A stretch of DNA of 64,000 nucleotides from Anolis carolinensis (Eukaryota), in contig NC_085842.1 of assembly GCF_035594765.1 (NCBI RefSeq), positions 434,001 through 498,000 on the forward strand, read 5' to 3'. The notes under the pieces were generated by a model. It worked only from the letters and a program-made list of their open reading frames with translations. It was not told the DNA's origin and did not search any database. The position numbers were made by a program, and so were the translations under genes. Positions within the stretch are counted from its first letter, which is position 1; each line of letters begins with the position of its first letter. Positions 40,931-53,198 of this stretch are shown one piece after another.

Positions 40931-41267
40931 TAATTGGCTTTCTCCCCCACCCATTACCGCCCTCCACCCTGCCGTCCCCACAACCCTCCAGCACCCTAAG
41001 GCACAAAATGCAAATGCAGTTGCCAAGTGCAAAGGGTGCAGGAGCAGCATGAGTATAGGGACTCGATTTAAAACTAAAGTGCAAAGCAGGCTATGAGGTA
41101 TTATAATTGATGGGCGAGTGCCTTCAGTGTAATTTCATAAAGTCCCAACACAGGACCAATTGAGGTAGAATTAAATTTAGCAGCAGAGAACATTCGTTAT
41201 GGCAGCAACATTCAATGTTGTTAGTCAGTGTTCACAGCAGGGCAGACTCACAGTTCCGATGGAACCT

Positions 41268-41733
41268 TATTTATTTATTTACAGTATTTATATTCCACCC
41301 TTCTTTCTCACCCCGAAGGGGACTCAGGGCGGATTACAATGAACACATAAATGGCAAACATTCAATGCCAACAGACAAACAACATACATTAGACAGACTC
41401 AGAGGCATTTTTAACATTTTTCCAGCTTCACGATTCCGGCCACAGGGGGAGCTGTTGCTTCACCGTCCAGTCGTGGCTGTACTTCCTCATTCCTTTCCTC
41501 GTGTTTTGCTGGCAGTATTTTATGGTGTTGTAAATTAGCCTCCCGCATAAAGCGTCCCTAAATTTCCCTAATTGACAGGTGCAACTGTCTTTCGGGGCTG
41601 CATAGGTCAACAGCAAGCCGGGGCTTTTAATGGTCGGAGGCTTAACCCGACCCGGGCTTCAAACTCATGACCTCTCGGTCAGTAGTGATTTATAGCAGCT
41701 GGTTACTAGCCAGCTGCGCCACAGCCCGGCCCC
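41268..41733 (-). mobile_element. Full-length tRNA-headed SINE (same family as 12951)
   Basis: Reverse complement of the 12951-13420 element. Confidence 0.85.
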
Positions 41734-42415
41734 TTAATAGTTAATATTATGATGTTAGATCATGCAGGGGGGGGGGGTCAAGAGGAATGGCCTTTCAGCA
41801 TGACTGCGGTTTGTTGGTGTTCCACAGTCATGGCTGTTTGGTCCGGATCCACCACTGACGGGGTCTCTGGATGTGGATGCTGCCCCTGCCATTCCTGCCC
41901 GCAGGCCCTGCTGATGGGAATAACAACCACAGTCCTAGCCCTAGAGACACGTGGGAAGGGTGCGAGGAGGTGGGATCCCGTGGAGGGGGGGGGGGGCGGC
42001 AGAGGGGCCTCGTCTGGCCCAAACTACTTGTCTGAACGTATCTCCTCTTATGAACGAACTAGGTTGTTGAGATCATCTGGGGAGGCCCTGCTCTCGATCC
42101 CACCTGCCTCACAGGCTCGTCTGGTGTGAACGAGGGACAGGGCCTTCTTGGTAGTGGCTCCCCGGCTGTGGAATGCTCTCCCCAGTACTATTCGACAAGC
42201 CCCAACACTCCTAAGTTTTAGGAAAGCAGTGAAGACATGGCTGTGTGCTCAAGCGTTTGAGGAATAAGTATCTGAGGTGATATGGCTTGAATCAAGGCGT
42301 CCGTGAAAGGCGTCAGTGGATGAATCTAATTACACATGCTTTTTAACACTTTATAATTCGTGTTTTAGTAGAGTTCATATAGTTTTTAATTGATTTTTGT
42401 ATTGTTTTATTGAAC

Positions 42416-42780
42416 TGGGCCGGGCTGTGGCGCAACTGGCTAGTAACCAGCTGCAATAAATCACTACTGACCGAGAGAGAGGTCATGAGTTCGAAGCCCG
42501 GGTTAAGCCCCCAACCATTAAATAGCATAGCTTGCTGTTTACTTATGCAGCCCGAAAGACAGTTGCATCTGTCAAATAGGAAATGTAGGTATGCTTTATG
42601 TGGGGAGGCTAATTTAACTAATTTACAACTGCCAGCAACATGCCGGAAGAGGAATGAGGAAGTACAGTCAGTAGTGGACGGTGAAGCAACAACTCCCCCT
42701 GTGGCCGTAATCGTGAAGCTGGAAATGTTAAAGGCCTCTGTGTGTGTCTATACTGTATGTTGTTTGTCTGATGGCATTCG
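42416..42780 (+). mobile_element. Same SINE family, 3'-truncated, abutting the promoter of gene D
   Basis: gggccgggctgtggcgcaactgg head; stops at gatggcatt. Confidence 0.8.
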
Positions 42781-43900
42781 CCGGCCAGGAACGGGCCGCA
42801 GCACCAGCCAGCGCCAGGATCAGCCCCAGGGGCAGGAGGGAGTCTGCCTGGAGACCGGTGACGCGGCGAGACGGGAGCAGGTTCCCATTGGCGGGTCCCT
42901 GGGAGTTCTCATCAGTGGAAAAGGGCCAGGGGAGATTCTGCCCGGAGACCGATGACGTCAGAGTGGAAGGCGAGTTCCCATTGGCTGGTTGGTCCCTGGG
43001 AGTTCTCATCAGTGGAAAAGGGCCAGGGGAGATTCTGCCCGGAGACCGATGACGTCAGAGTGGAAGGCGAGTTCCCATTGGCTGGTTGGTCCCTGGGAGT
43101 TCTCATCAGTGGAAAAGGGCCAGGGGAGATTCTGCCCGGAGACCGATGACGTCAGAGTGGAAGGCGAGTTCCCATTGGCTGGTTGGTCCCTGGGAGTTCT
43201 CATCAGTGGAAAAGGGCCAGGGGAGATTCTGCCCGGAGACCGATGACGTTAGAACTGAAGGCGAGTTCCCATTGGCAGGTCCCTGGGAGTTCTCATCAGT
43301 GGAAAAGGGCTGGGGGAGATTCTGCCCGGAGACCGATGGCGTCAGAGTGGAAGGCGAGTTCCCATTGGCGAGAATTTTGAAAAGCAAGGGAGAGATGGAA
43401 AGAAAGGGGGAGAGAGGGAGGGAAGGGCAGGACATACATACACCCCCCTCTCTCTCTATTTATCTCTCTCCCTCCCTCCCTCCCTCCCTCTCTCTGGGGC
43501 TCCACTGCCGTTGAACTCCCGAGAAGCCCCGCCTCTCTATGGGTCTCCTGCCCGCGGCCGCCATGTTTGCTCCGGGCGGAAGTCCAGCGAGAGGAGGCGG
43601 CCTCTGTTTCCTAGAGAGGCGGGCGGGCGGGCGACGCTTTCCCTGTGAGCTCACTTCCGGAGGAGGAAGGGGACGGTGAGGGAGCGAGCGAGCGAGCGAG
43701 CGCGGGAAGAAGCCTGAGGAAAAAGTCTGAGGCGGCGGTGAGTGTGTGCCCGGGCCCCTGCTTCCCCCTCTCCCTTCCCCGGGCTTTGGGGCGGAGGGAG
43801 GGGCTGCCTCGGGGGCTCTGCGGCCTGCGCTGCCCTCCGGGCCCATGGCGGCGCCTCTGCGCATGCGCCCTCCTCCTCCCTCCCCCCCTCCCTCCCCGCT
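42780..43900 (+). promoter_or_regulatory. CpG-island promoter and non-coding exon 1 (donor 43737|GTGAGT) of gene D
   Basis: Paralogous to 14150-14530: GC box, YY1 gccgccatgtt, ETS gcggaagt and cacttccgg, NRF1 tgcgcatgcgc. Confidence 0.72.
42895..43370 (+). repeat. 97-bp tandem repeat (5 units), each carrying X1-CRE-CCAAT
   Basis: Units start at 42895, 42992, 43089, 43186, 43279. Confidence 0.95.
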
Positions 43901-44026
43901 GTTATGGCCTTGGTGTCCTGTGCTTGATTTATCACTAGTATTTATTTATATTTATTTGCATCTTTTCTACCCGGCCTTTCTCACCCGGGGGGGGGGGGGG
44001 GGACTCAAGGCGGCTTACAAAATAGA

Positions 44027-45376
44027 GTAGAGTCTCACTTATCCAACGTTCTGGATTATCCAACCCATTTTTGTAGTCAGTGTTTTCAATACATCGTGAT
44101 ATTTTGGTGCTAAACTCGTGAATACAGTAGAGTCTCACTTATCCAACATAAACGGGCCGGGAGAATGTTGGATAAGCGAATATTTATTTATTTATTTACA
44201 GTACAGTAGAGCCTCACTTATCCAACGTTCTGGATTATCCAACGCATTTTTGTAGTCAATGTTTTCAATACATCGTGATATTTTGGTGCTAAACTCGTGA
44301 ATACAGTAGAGTCTCACTTATCCAACATAAACGGGCCGGGAGAATGTTGGATAAGCGAATATTTATTTATTTATTTACAGTACAGTAGAGTCTCACTTAT
44401 CCAACGTTCTGGATTATCCAACCCATTTTTGTAGTCAATGTTTTCAATACATCGTGATATTTTGGTGCTAAACTCGTGAATACAGTAGAGTCTCACTTAT
44501 CCAACATAAACGGGCCGGGAGAACGTTGGATAAGCGAATATTTATTTATTTATTTACAGTACAGTAGAGTCTCACTTATCCAACGTTCTGGATTATCCAA
44601 CCCATTTTTGTAGTCAATGTTTTCAATACATCGTGATATTTTGGTGCTAAACTCGTGAATACAGTAGAGTCTCACTTATCCAACATAAACGGGCCGGGAG
44701 AATGTTGGATAAGCGAATATTTATTTATTTATTTACAGTACAGTAGAGTCTCACTTATCCAACGTTCTGGATTATCCAACCCATTTTTGTAGTCAATGTT
44801 TTCAATACATCGTGATATTTTGGTGCTAAACTCGTGAATACAGTAGAGTCTCACTTATCCAACATAAACGGGCCGGGAGAACGTTGGATAAACGAATATT
44901 TATTTATTTATTTACAGTACAGTAGAGTCTCACTCATCCAACGTTCTGGATTATCCAACGCATTTTTGTAGTCAATGTTTTCAATACATCGTGATATTTT
45001 GGTGCTAAATTCGTGAATACAGTAGAGTCTCACTTATCCAACATAAACGGGCCGGGAGAACGTTGGATAAGCGAATATTTATTTATTTATTTACAGTACA
45101 GTAGAGTCTCACTCATCCAACGTTCTGGATTATCCAACGCATTTTTGTAGTCAATGTTTTCAATACATCATGATATTTTGGTGCTAAACTCGTGAATACA
45201 GTAGAGTCTCACTTATCCAACATAAACGGGCCGGGAGAACATTGGATAAGCGAATATTTATTTATTTATTTACAGTACAGTAGAGTCTCACTTATCCAAC
45301 GTTCTGGATTATCCAACGCATTTTTGTAGTCAATGTTTTCAATACATCGTGATATTTTGGTGCTAAATTCGTAAAT
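44027..45376 (+). repeat. 179-bp tandem array (7.5 units) of MITE termini plus a SINE tail stub
   Basis: Unit starts 44027, 44206, 44385, 44564, 44743, 44922, 45101, 45280. Confidence 0.95.
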
Positions 45377-46552
45377 AACAGTAGATTCTCGCCTATCCAA
45401 CGTAAACAGGCCGGCAGAACGTTGGATAAGCAAATATGTTGGATAATAAGGAGAGAGTAAGGAAAAGCCTATTAAACATCAAATTAATTATGATTTTACA
45501 AATTAAGCACCAAAACACCATGTTATACAATAGATTTTACAGAAAAAGTAGTTCAATATGCAGTCATGCTAAGTAGTAATTACTGTATTTACGAATTTAG
45601 CACCAAAATATCACGATATATTGAAAACAGACTACAAAAATGCATTGGATAATCCAGAACGTTGGATAAGCGAGTGTTGGATAAGTGAGACTCTACTGTA
45701 CAGTAATTACTACATAGCATTACTGTGTGTTGAACTACCTTTTCAGTCCAATTTGTTGTATAACATGATGTTTCGGTGCTTAATTTTAAAAATCATAACC
45801 TAATTTGATGTTTAATAGGCTTTTCCTTAACCCCTCCTTATTATCCAACATATTTGCTTATCCAACATTCCACCGGCCCGTTTATGTTGGATAAGTGAGA
45901 CTCTACTGTATTTATATTCCGCCCTTCTTTCTCACCCCGAAGGGGACTCAGGGCGGATCACATTACACATCTAGGCAAACATTCAATGCCTTTTAACATA
46001 GAACAAAGACAAGACAAACATAGGCTCCGAACAAAGACAGAGACAAACGCAGGCTCCGAGCTGGCCTCGAACTCATGACCTCTTGCTCAGAGTGATTTGT
46101 TGCAGCTAGATTAAGGAAAAGCCTATTAATCATCAAGTTAGGTTATGATTTTACAAATTAAGCACCAAAACACCATGTTATACAATAGATTTAACAGAAA
46201 AAGTAGTTCATTATGCAATAATGCTATGTAGTCATTACTGTATTTACAAATTTAGCACCAAAATATCATGATATATTGAAAACATGGACTACAAAAATGC
46301 GTTGGATAATCCAGAACATTGGATAAGTGAGTGTTGGATAAATGAGACTCTACTGTACAGTAATTGCCTGGATCTTTTGACCCAAATCGGGATTTTAATA
46401 TTATTGTGTATATTGACTTTTATGACTGTTTTTAATCATGTTGAAGTTTTACTGCTCGGTTTAATGTTTTATCTGATTTGTGCTGTCGTGTCTGGGCATG
46501 GCCCCATGTAAGCCGCCCCGAGTCCCTCCGGGGAGATGGGGCGGGATATAAG

Positions 46553-46593
<41 letters not shown>

Positions 46594-47255
46594 TACTACT
46601 ACATAGCATTACTGCGTATTGAACTATCTTTTCAGTCAAATTTGTTGTATGACATGATGTTTTGGTGCTTAATTTGTAAAATCATAACCTAATTTGATGT
46701 TTAATAGGCTTTTCCTTAACCCCTCCTTATTATCCAACATAATCACTTATCCAACGTTCTGCTGGCCCATATATGTTGGATAAGTGAGACTCTACTGTAT
46801 TTATATTCCTCCCTTCTCACCCCGAAGGGGATTCAGGGCGAATCACATTACACACATACAAGGCAAACATTCAATGCCTTAACATAGAACAAAGACAGAG
46901 AAAAACGCAGGCTCCGAGCTGGCCTCGAACTCATGACCTCTTGGTCAGAGTGATTTGTTGCAGCTGGATTAAGGAAAAGCCTATTAATCATCAAGTTAGG
47001 TTATGATTTTACAAATTAAGCACCAAAACATCATGTCATACAACAAATTTGACAGAAAAAGTAGTTCAATACACAGTAATGCAATATTATAATTATTGTA
47101 TTTACGAATTTAGCACCAAAATATCATGATATATTGAAAACATTGACTACAAAAATGGCTTGGATAATCCAGAAGCTTGGATAAGCGAGGCTTGGATAAG
47201 TGAGACTCTACTGTACAGTAATTACTACATAGCATTGCTGCGTATTGAACTACTG

Positions 47256-47527
47256 ATGGAGCCTCCAGTGGCGTAGTGGACTAAAGCCTCGTAACTTGAA
47301 GGTTGGGTTGCTGACCTGAAGGCTGCCAGGTTCAAATCCCACCCGGAGAGAGCACGGATGAGCTCCCTCTCTCAGCTCCAGCTCCATGCAGGGACATGAG
47401 AGAAGCCTCCCACAAGGATGGTAAAAACATCAAAACATCCAGGCAATGTCCCCTGGGCAACGTCCTTGCAGACGGCCAATTCTCTCACTCCAGAAGCGAC
47501 TCAGGTTGCTCCTGACATGAAAAAAAA
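47256..47527 (+). mobile_element. tRNA-headed SINE with Vingi-derived body and tail
   Basis: A-box tggcgtagtgg, B-box ggttcaaatcc; body resembles 2925-3030; end tgacatgaaaa resembles the Vingi 3' end; short TSD CTACT. Confidence 0.85.
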
Positions 47528-47841
47528 CCCTACTTTTTCTGTCAAACATGATGTTTTGGTGCTTAATTTGTAAAATCATAACCTAATTTGATGTTTAATA
47601 GGCTTTTCCTTAATCCCTCCTTATTATCCAACATATTGCCTTATCCAACATTCTGCCTGCCCGTTTATGTTGGATAAGTGAGACTCTACTGTAGGCAAAA
47701 ATTCAATGCCTGGCACAGTTCATATAAATAAATAGCATAACATAGTAAAACACATAATACAAAATTTAAAAACATAACCAGGTTAAAATCCATTCGTCCA
47801 AAATCCTCATATGTAAATCTTAGTCCAGACCGTGTGACATA

Positions 47842-48265
47842 CCGTGTTTCCCCGAAAATAAGACAGTGTCTTATATTATTTTTTACTCCCAAAGATGCGC
47901 TAGGTCTTATTTTCAGGGGATATCTTATTTTTCCATGAAGAAGAATTCACATTTATTGTTGAACAAAAAACCAACATTTATTCTATACTGTACAGTAGTT
48001 GTCATCACAAACCAGCATAACCAAACCAGACAAACTGTGACTTCTGTCAAGAATTTCTTGTTACTACCATTATTTCCATGTACAACTGGTATGTACATTT
48101 ACCAATCCTGCATGCTATGGTGTTTTGTTTGGTGGGTGACGGGCATGCTTCCAAACAAAACCTTTGCTAGGTCTTACTTTCGGGGGAGGCCTTATATTTA
48201 GCAATTCAGCAAAACCTCTACTAGGTCTTATTTTTTGGGGATGTCTTATTTTAGGGGAAACAGGG
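47842..48265. mobile_element. TA-flanked Tc1/mariner-superfamily MITE
   Basis: TIR ccgtgtttccccgaaaataagac; further copies at 55329-55736 and 55789-56203. Confidence 0.85.
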
Positions 48266-48269
48266 TAGA

Positions 48270-48750
48270 TGTTCTCATTCATTCAATGCTTGCGTACACA
48301 ACTATGTCTTTAAGGCTTTCCTGAAGCCCAGGAGAGTTGGAATCTGCCGTTGCTGGGGAGGGTTTTCCACAGCCGAGGAGCCACCACCGAGAAGGCCCTG
48401 TCCCTCGTTCCCACCAGCCGTGCCTGCGAGGCTGGTGGGACCGAGAGCAGGGCCTCACCAGACGTTCTCAGGGTTCTAGAAGGCTCATAGGAGGAGATAC
48501 GTTCAGACAGATAAGATGGGCCAGAACCATTTAGGGCTTTGTAGGTCAAGACCAGCACTTTGAATTGGGCTCAGTAGCATATCGGCAGCCAGTGGAGCTG
48601 ACACAACATGGGAGTAGTACGCTCCCATTAAGCAGCTCTTGTTATTAGTCTGACTGTCGCCCGTTGTACTAGTTGGAGCTTCCGGACCGTCTTCAAAGGC
48701 AGCCCCACGTAGAGCGCGTTACAGTAATCCAAATGGGGTGTAACCAGAGC
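48270..48750 (-). mobile_element. L2 3' fragment
   Basis: VLTYKALNGSGPSYL..RAFSVVAPRLW; similar fragments at 42020-42270, 50240-50630, 53130-54120, 62815-63340. Confidence 0.8.
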
Positions 48751-48860
48751 CAGATATGTTTTAATCTATGTTTGGTTTTAATCTTTGTTCTGTTGGGCTT
48801 GTCCCCATGTAAGTCCCTTCAGGGGAGATGGAGGCGGGATATAAATAAACTTATTATTAT

Positions 48861-49832
48861 TGTATGACACAGCAAACAAGATAGATATGCTGGATTTCGT
48901 TTCACAAAACCACAAGTCGAACACTTGCCAAGTGTCTAGGACTGTGTGATGTATTTTCGGATGATGCGCGCAGATCCCAGTAGGGTGGCCTTTTGCAGTT
49001 GGCAGATCATAATTTTGTCAATGCCTATTGTTTCCAAATGCCGGCTGAGATCTTTTGGCACAGCACCCAGTGTGTCCATCACCACCGGGACCACCTGCAC
49101 TGGTTTCTGCCAGAGTCTTTGAAGTTTGATAGCGGCTGAGTTTTTCCTGTTGTTTTTCGTCAATGCGACTATCACCTGGGATGGCAACATCAATGATCCA
49201 AACCTTTTTCTTTTCCACAACTGTGATGTCTGGTGTGTTGTGTTCCAGAACTTTGTCAGTCTGGATTCGGAAGTCCCACAGTATCTTTGTGTGCTCATTT
49301 TCCAATACTTTTGCAGGTTTGTGATCCCACCAGTTCTTTGTTGCTGGGAGGTGGGACTTGAGGCATAAGTTCCAATGAATCATTTGGGCCACATGGCTGT
49401 GCCTCTGTTTGTAGTCAGTCTGTGCGATTTTCTTACAGCAGCTGAGGATATGATCCATGGTTTCGTCGGTTTCCTTGCACAGTCTGCATTTTGGGTCATC
49501 AGCTGATTTTTCGATCTTGGCCTGAATTGCCTTTGTCCTGATGGCTTGCTCCTGGGCTGCAAGGATCAGGCCTTCTGTCTCCTTCTTCAGGGTCCCATTT
49601 GTGAGCCAGAGCCAGGTCTTCTCCTTGTCAGCTTTTCCTTCAATTTTTATTATTATTATTATTACATTGTATGACAGAGCAAACAAGATAGATATACTGG
49701 ATTTCGTATCACAAAATCACAAGTCGAACACTTCCCAAGTGTCTAGGATTGTGTGATGTATTTTCGGATGATGCGTGCAGATCCCAGTAGGGTAGCCTTT
49801 TGCAGTTGACAGATCGTAATTTTGTCAATGTC

Positions 49833-49835
<3 letters not shown>
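48861..49835 (-). mobile_element. Two tandem R4/Dong-type 3' fragments in (TAA)n
   Basis: ETEGLILAAQEQA..CRLC..ETMDHILSCC..RH..PDITVV..IIDVAIPGD (CCHC + RLE); copies separated and flanked by (TTA)n. Confidence 0.85.
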
Positions 49836-49877
<42 letters not shown>

Positions 49878-49910
49878 TATTATTATTATTTGGATGGTCC
49901 TGGTCCAGGC

Positions 49911-50195
49911 TAGGAGCTACCTGTGGTGCAGTGGGTTAAAGCCTTGTAACTTGAAGGTTGGGTTGCTGACCTGAAAGCTGCCAGGTTTGAATCCAACCTG
50001 GGGAGAGCACGGATGAGCTCCCTCTATCAGCTCCAGCTCCATGCAGAGACATGAGTGAAGCCTCCCACAAAGATGGTAAAAACATCAAAACATCTGGGCA
50101 ATGTCCCCTGGGAAACTTTCTTGCAGAAGGCCAATTCTCTCACACCAGAAACGACTTGCAGTTTCTCAAGTCGCTCCTGAAATACACACAAAAAA
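49911..50195 (+). mobile_element. Second Vingi-bodied SINE
   Basis: Homologous to 47256-47527; 8-bp TSD GGTCCAGG (49902, 50196). Confidence 0.85.
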
Positions 50196-50634
50196 GGTCC
50201 AGGGTATTTGGCTGAGATCTTCAAGAGAGGCCCTTCTCTCTCATGAATAGTTGGTGGGAACTTCAACTGATTCAAAGAGCAGCAGCCAGGTTGCCAACTG
50301 GGACTTGCTACAGGCACTGGACATCCCCCCTCCACCGACTGCCAGTCTGTTACCGGGCACAATTCAAAGTGCTGGTTTTGACCTTTAAAGCCCTAGATGG
50401 TTCAGGTCCAGGCTGTTTGGCTGACCGCATCCCCTTGGATGAACCTCCCCGGGCCCTGAGATCCCCTCAGGAGAGGCCCTTCCTTCTCTCGGTCCCACCT
50501 CCATCTCAAGCTTTACTGGTGGGAACGAGAGAGCGGACCTTCCTTCCTTCTCAGTGGCAAATGCCCGTCAACTCTGGAACTCCTTGCCATGGGAAGCCGG
50601 ATGGCCCCCTCCCTGTTGTCCTTTAGATGGCAGG

Positions 50635-51969
50635 TAGGCTTGCTCAAATAATTCGTTTTCCCCGTTTACCGTTATTGATTCGTTTTTTTCTATTGTTTTG
50701 AAGCAATATCGAACCTTGGTTGTCCACACGTCTGGATATCGCAGTTTCGAATCGCGAGAGGCCGTTTTTTCTTATTTCTTCGTTTTTTTCGAAAAGAAAA
50801 AAAAGCTTTTGCAAAGCACCCAAACTCCTTTCCTTTTGCCCCTCAGCCAATGGGAGGCTCAGCCAATGGGAGGGGGCGAGGGGGAAGGAGGCCGAGGAGG
50901 AGGAGGAAGACGGAGGGGGGAAATGGCCGCCGCCGCCGCCGCCTCGCCTCAGCTCAGTGCATTAATTAATTGGGCCTTAATGAGCCCCCTTCCAAGCCAA
51001 ACCCACCAGAGAAACACCCTCAATGCAAACCTTGCAACGTCCTTCTCTCCTTCTTGGACACAAAGGCAAAGGGAGGAGGCACTTCGGGTTCCCAAGCGAC
51101 CTGAAAAGAGCCATAGAGAAAGGGAGAGCATGCTCCACCCTCCAAGGCACACAAGGGGGAGTTCGCATGGGAGCCGGAAGTGTTGGGGCCTCCGTCCCTC
51201 CCTTGCTTTTCCTCTTTGGTCTCCCTATCTTGAACACAGAACACGCATGAAAAAAAACACACCATAATTTCACAATATATAGTTTAAATAACAAAAGGAA
51301 GAGGAAGGAAGAGGCCCGGGATGCGAGGGGGTGTGGGCCAGGCCCGTCCTCGGCTGCTCCCAGGGGCCCAGATTCGCACCCTCCCTCCCCCCAATACAGG
51401 TCTCCATTCCATACTACGCTACATGAACTTGAATGGATACTGTGGTTGTGTTGTCGAAAGCTTTCATGGCCGGGATCACACTGTTGTGGTATGTATTCCG
51501 GGCTCTATGGCCATGTGCCAGAAGCATTCTCTCCTGACGTTTCACCCACATCTGTGGCAGACATAGAGGTTTTGACGTCTGTGCGAAGCTAGGCAAGTGG
51601 GGTTTATATATCTGTGGAAGGTCCAGGGTGGGAGAAAGAACTCTTGTCTGTGGGAGGCAAGTGTGAATGTTGCAATTGGTCACCTTGATTAGCATTGAAT
51701 AGCCTTGCAGCTTCAAAGCCTGGCTGCTTCCTACCTGGGGGAATCCTTTGTTGGGAGGTATTAGCTGGCCCTGATTGTTTCCTGTCTGGAATTCCCATTT
51801 TCTGGGTGTTTCTGGGAAGGTAATGGCACTCCATGTAGTCATGCCGGCCACATGACCTTGGAGGTGTCTATGGACAACACTGGCTCTTGGGCTTAGAAAT
51901 GGAGATGAGCACCAACCCCCAGAGTCAGACATGACTGAACTTAACGTCAAGGGATACCTTTACCTTTAC

Positions 51970-52015
<46 letters not shown>

Positions 52016-52550
52016 GCAGGGACTATATATATATATATACACAATATATATCACACACACACCAATTTAACAAAGTTTCAGCCACAAAAACAAAGTTTCT
52101 GAAGTAGAACAATGACTTTCACAGTAAAGACAACCCAATTTAACAGGAAATAAGACTTTCAAACCAGGAACAGATTACTGCAATTATTAAAAAAAGGTTT
52201 ATTATAAAAGCTATGAAAATTTGCCAAAAATCAGAGGATAAGGGAAACGTTCCACATTTTGGTGAGCTATCAGTGTTAAATGTGTTCTACCACTGTACCA
52301 AGTTTGAAGAAGATCACTCAAAAAATGAGGGCGGGAGAGCCCCCTAAGTCCCCCCCCCCTTCGGGCTGTTTTTGGGCCACCGCGCATGCGCGTCCGCCAT
52401 TAACGAATTAATTTAGAAAATAACGAATTTTCATTAATTTCGAAAAATTTTGGGGGCCAAATTCGTTATTAGCAACAAAAACGAAAAAACTGCCCCCTCT
52501 AGTATTGAAACGAGTTTAGAATCAAATTTTTCATGGATCGATCAAGCCTA
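50635..52550. mobile_element. Non-autonomous hAT element containing a Penelope-like fragment (about 51410-51810, minus) and a Sauria-SINE 3' part (about 51812-51972)
   Basis: TIR taggcttg.tc / gatcaagccta, 8-bp TSD ATGGCAGG; (ACCTTT)n BovB/Sauria tail at 51957-51971. Confidence 0.8.
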
Positions 52551-53153
52551 ATGGCAGGCTATAACTTTTTTTTATTTAGGCAGCCTTTTGAAGAGGAAGG
52601 TTTTTAAGATCAGGTTAGTGGGTGCTGCAGTTTTTAACTTTGGATATTTTTCATTGATATTGAACTGTCCATTTTTAGTGCTGTTTGTGTTTAATTCTGT
52701 TTTAATGTTTATATATTTGTATATTTCAAAGTGTATTCTAATGATTTTATATTTCAAATCACTTTGAGTCCCCTTTGGGAAGGTACAGCAGGGTATAAAT
52801 ACAACAACAACAACAAACAGCTCTTTTTAAATTTTTTATATAAATTTTATTTACATACATTAACAATTTACAGTATAAAAGAACACAAAAGAATGAACAT
52901 TTTACAAACACGTAACCCACTCTCAAGGCCGGAACAAGTATAATTTCTTTTGCCATAAAATATATTTTAGAGAGTAAAAAAGGAAAACAGTACAACTTGT
53001 TGGTCAGGAATTTAGCATATTACATTTGTTTACTGATTGAATTTAATAAAAACTGACCAATATGAATTGAAATCTGATCTCTTAATTTCGCCTCTGAACA
53101 CCCTCTTTTTCATTGATGGTTTATCATTTAAGGCTACATTCCGTAATAATAAC

Positions 53154-53198
<45 letters not shown>

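Larger units (their letters stand above)
44025..47691. mobile_element. Nested stack of Tigger-derived MITEs and SINE tails
   Basis: Many cagtagagtctcacttatccaac TIRs with TA junctions; same termini as the Tigger relic at 1633. Confidence 0.85.

Noticed and set aside
44027-45376. CRISPR-like appearance of the repeated 23-bp motif
   Set aside because: Eukaryotic DNA; the 'spacers' are themselves repeated and the motif is a Tigger TIR; no cas genes.
51525-51585. Penelope-type hammerhead ribozyme on the minus strand (stem-GAAACGTC present)
   Set aside because: The CTGANGA core is disrupted (reads acctct-atg), so at most a dead relic.
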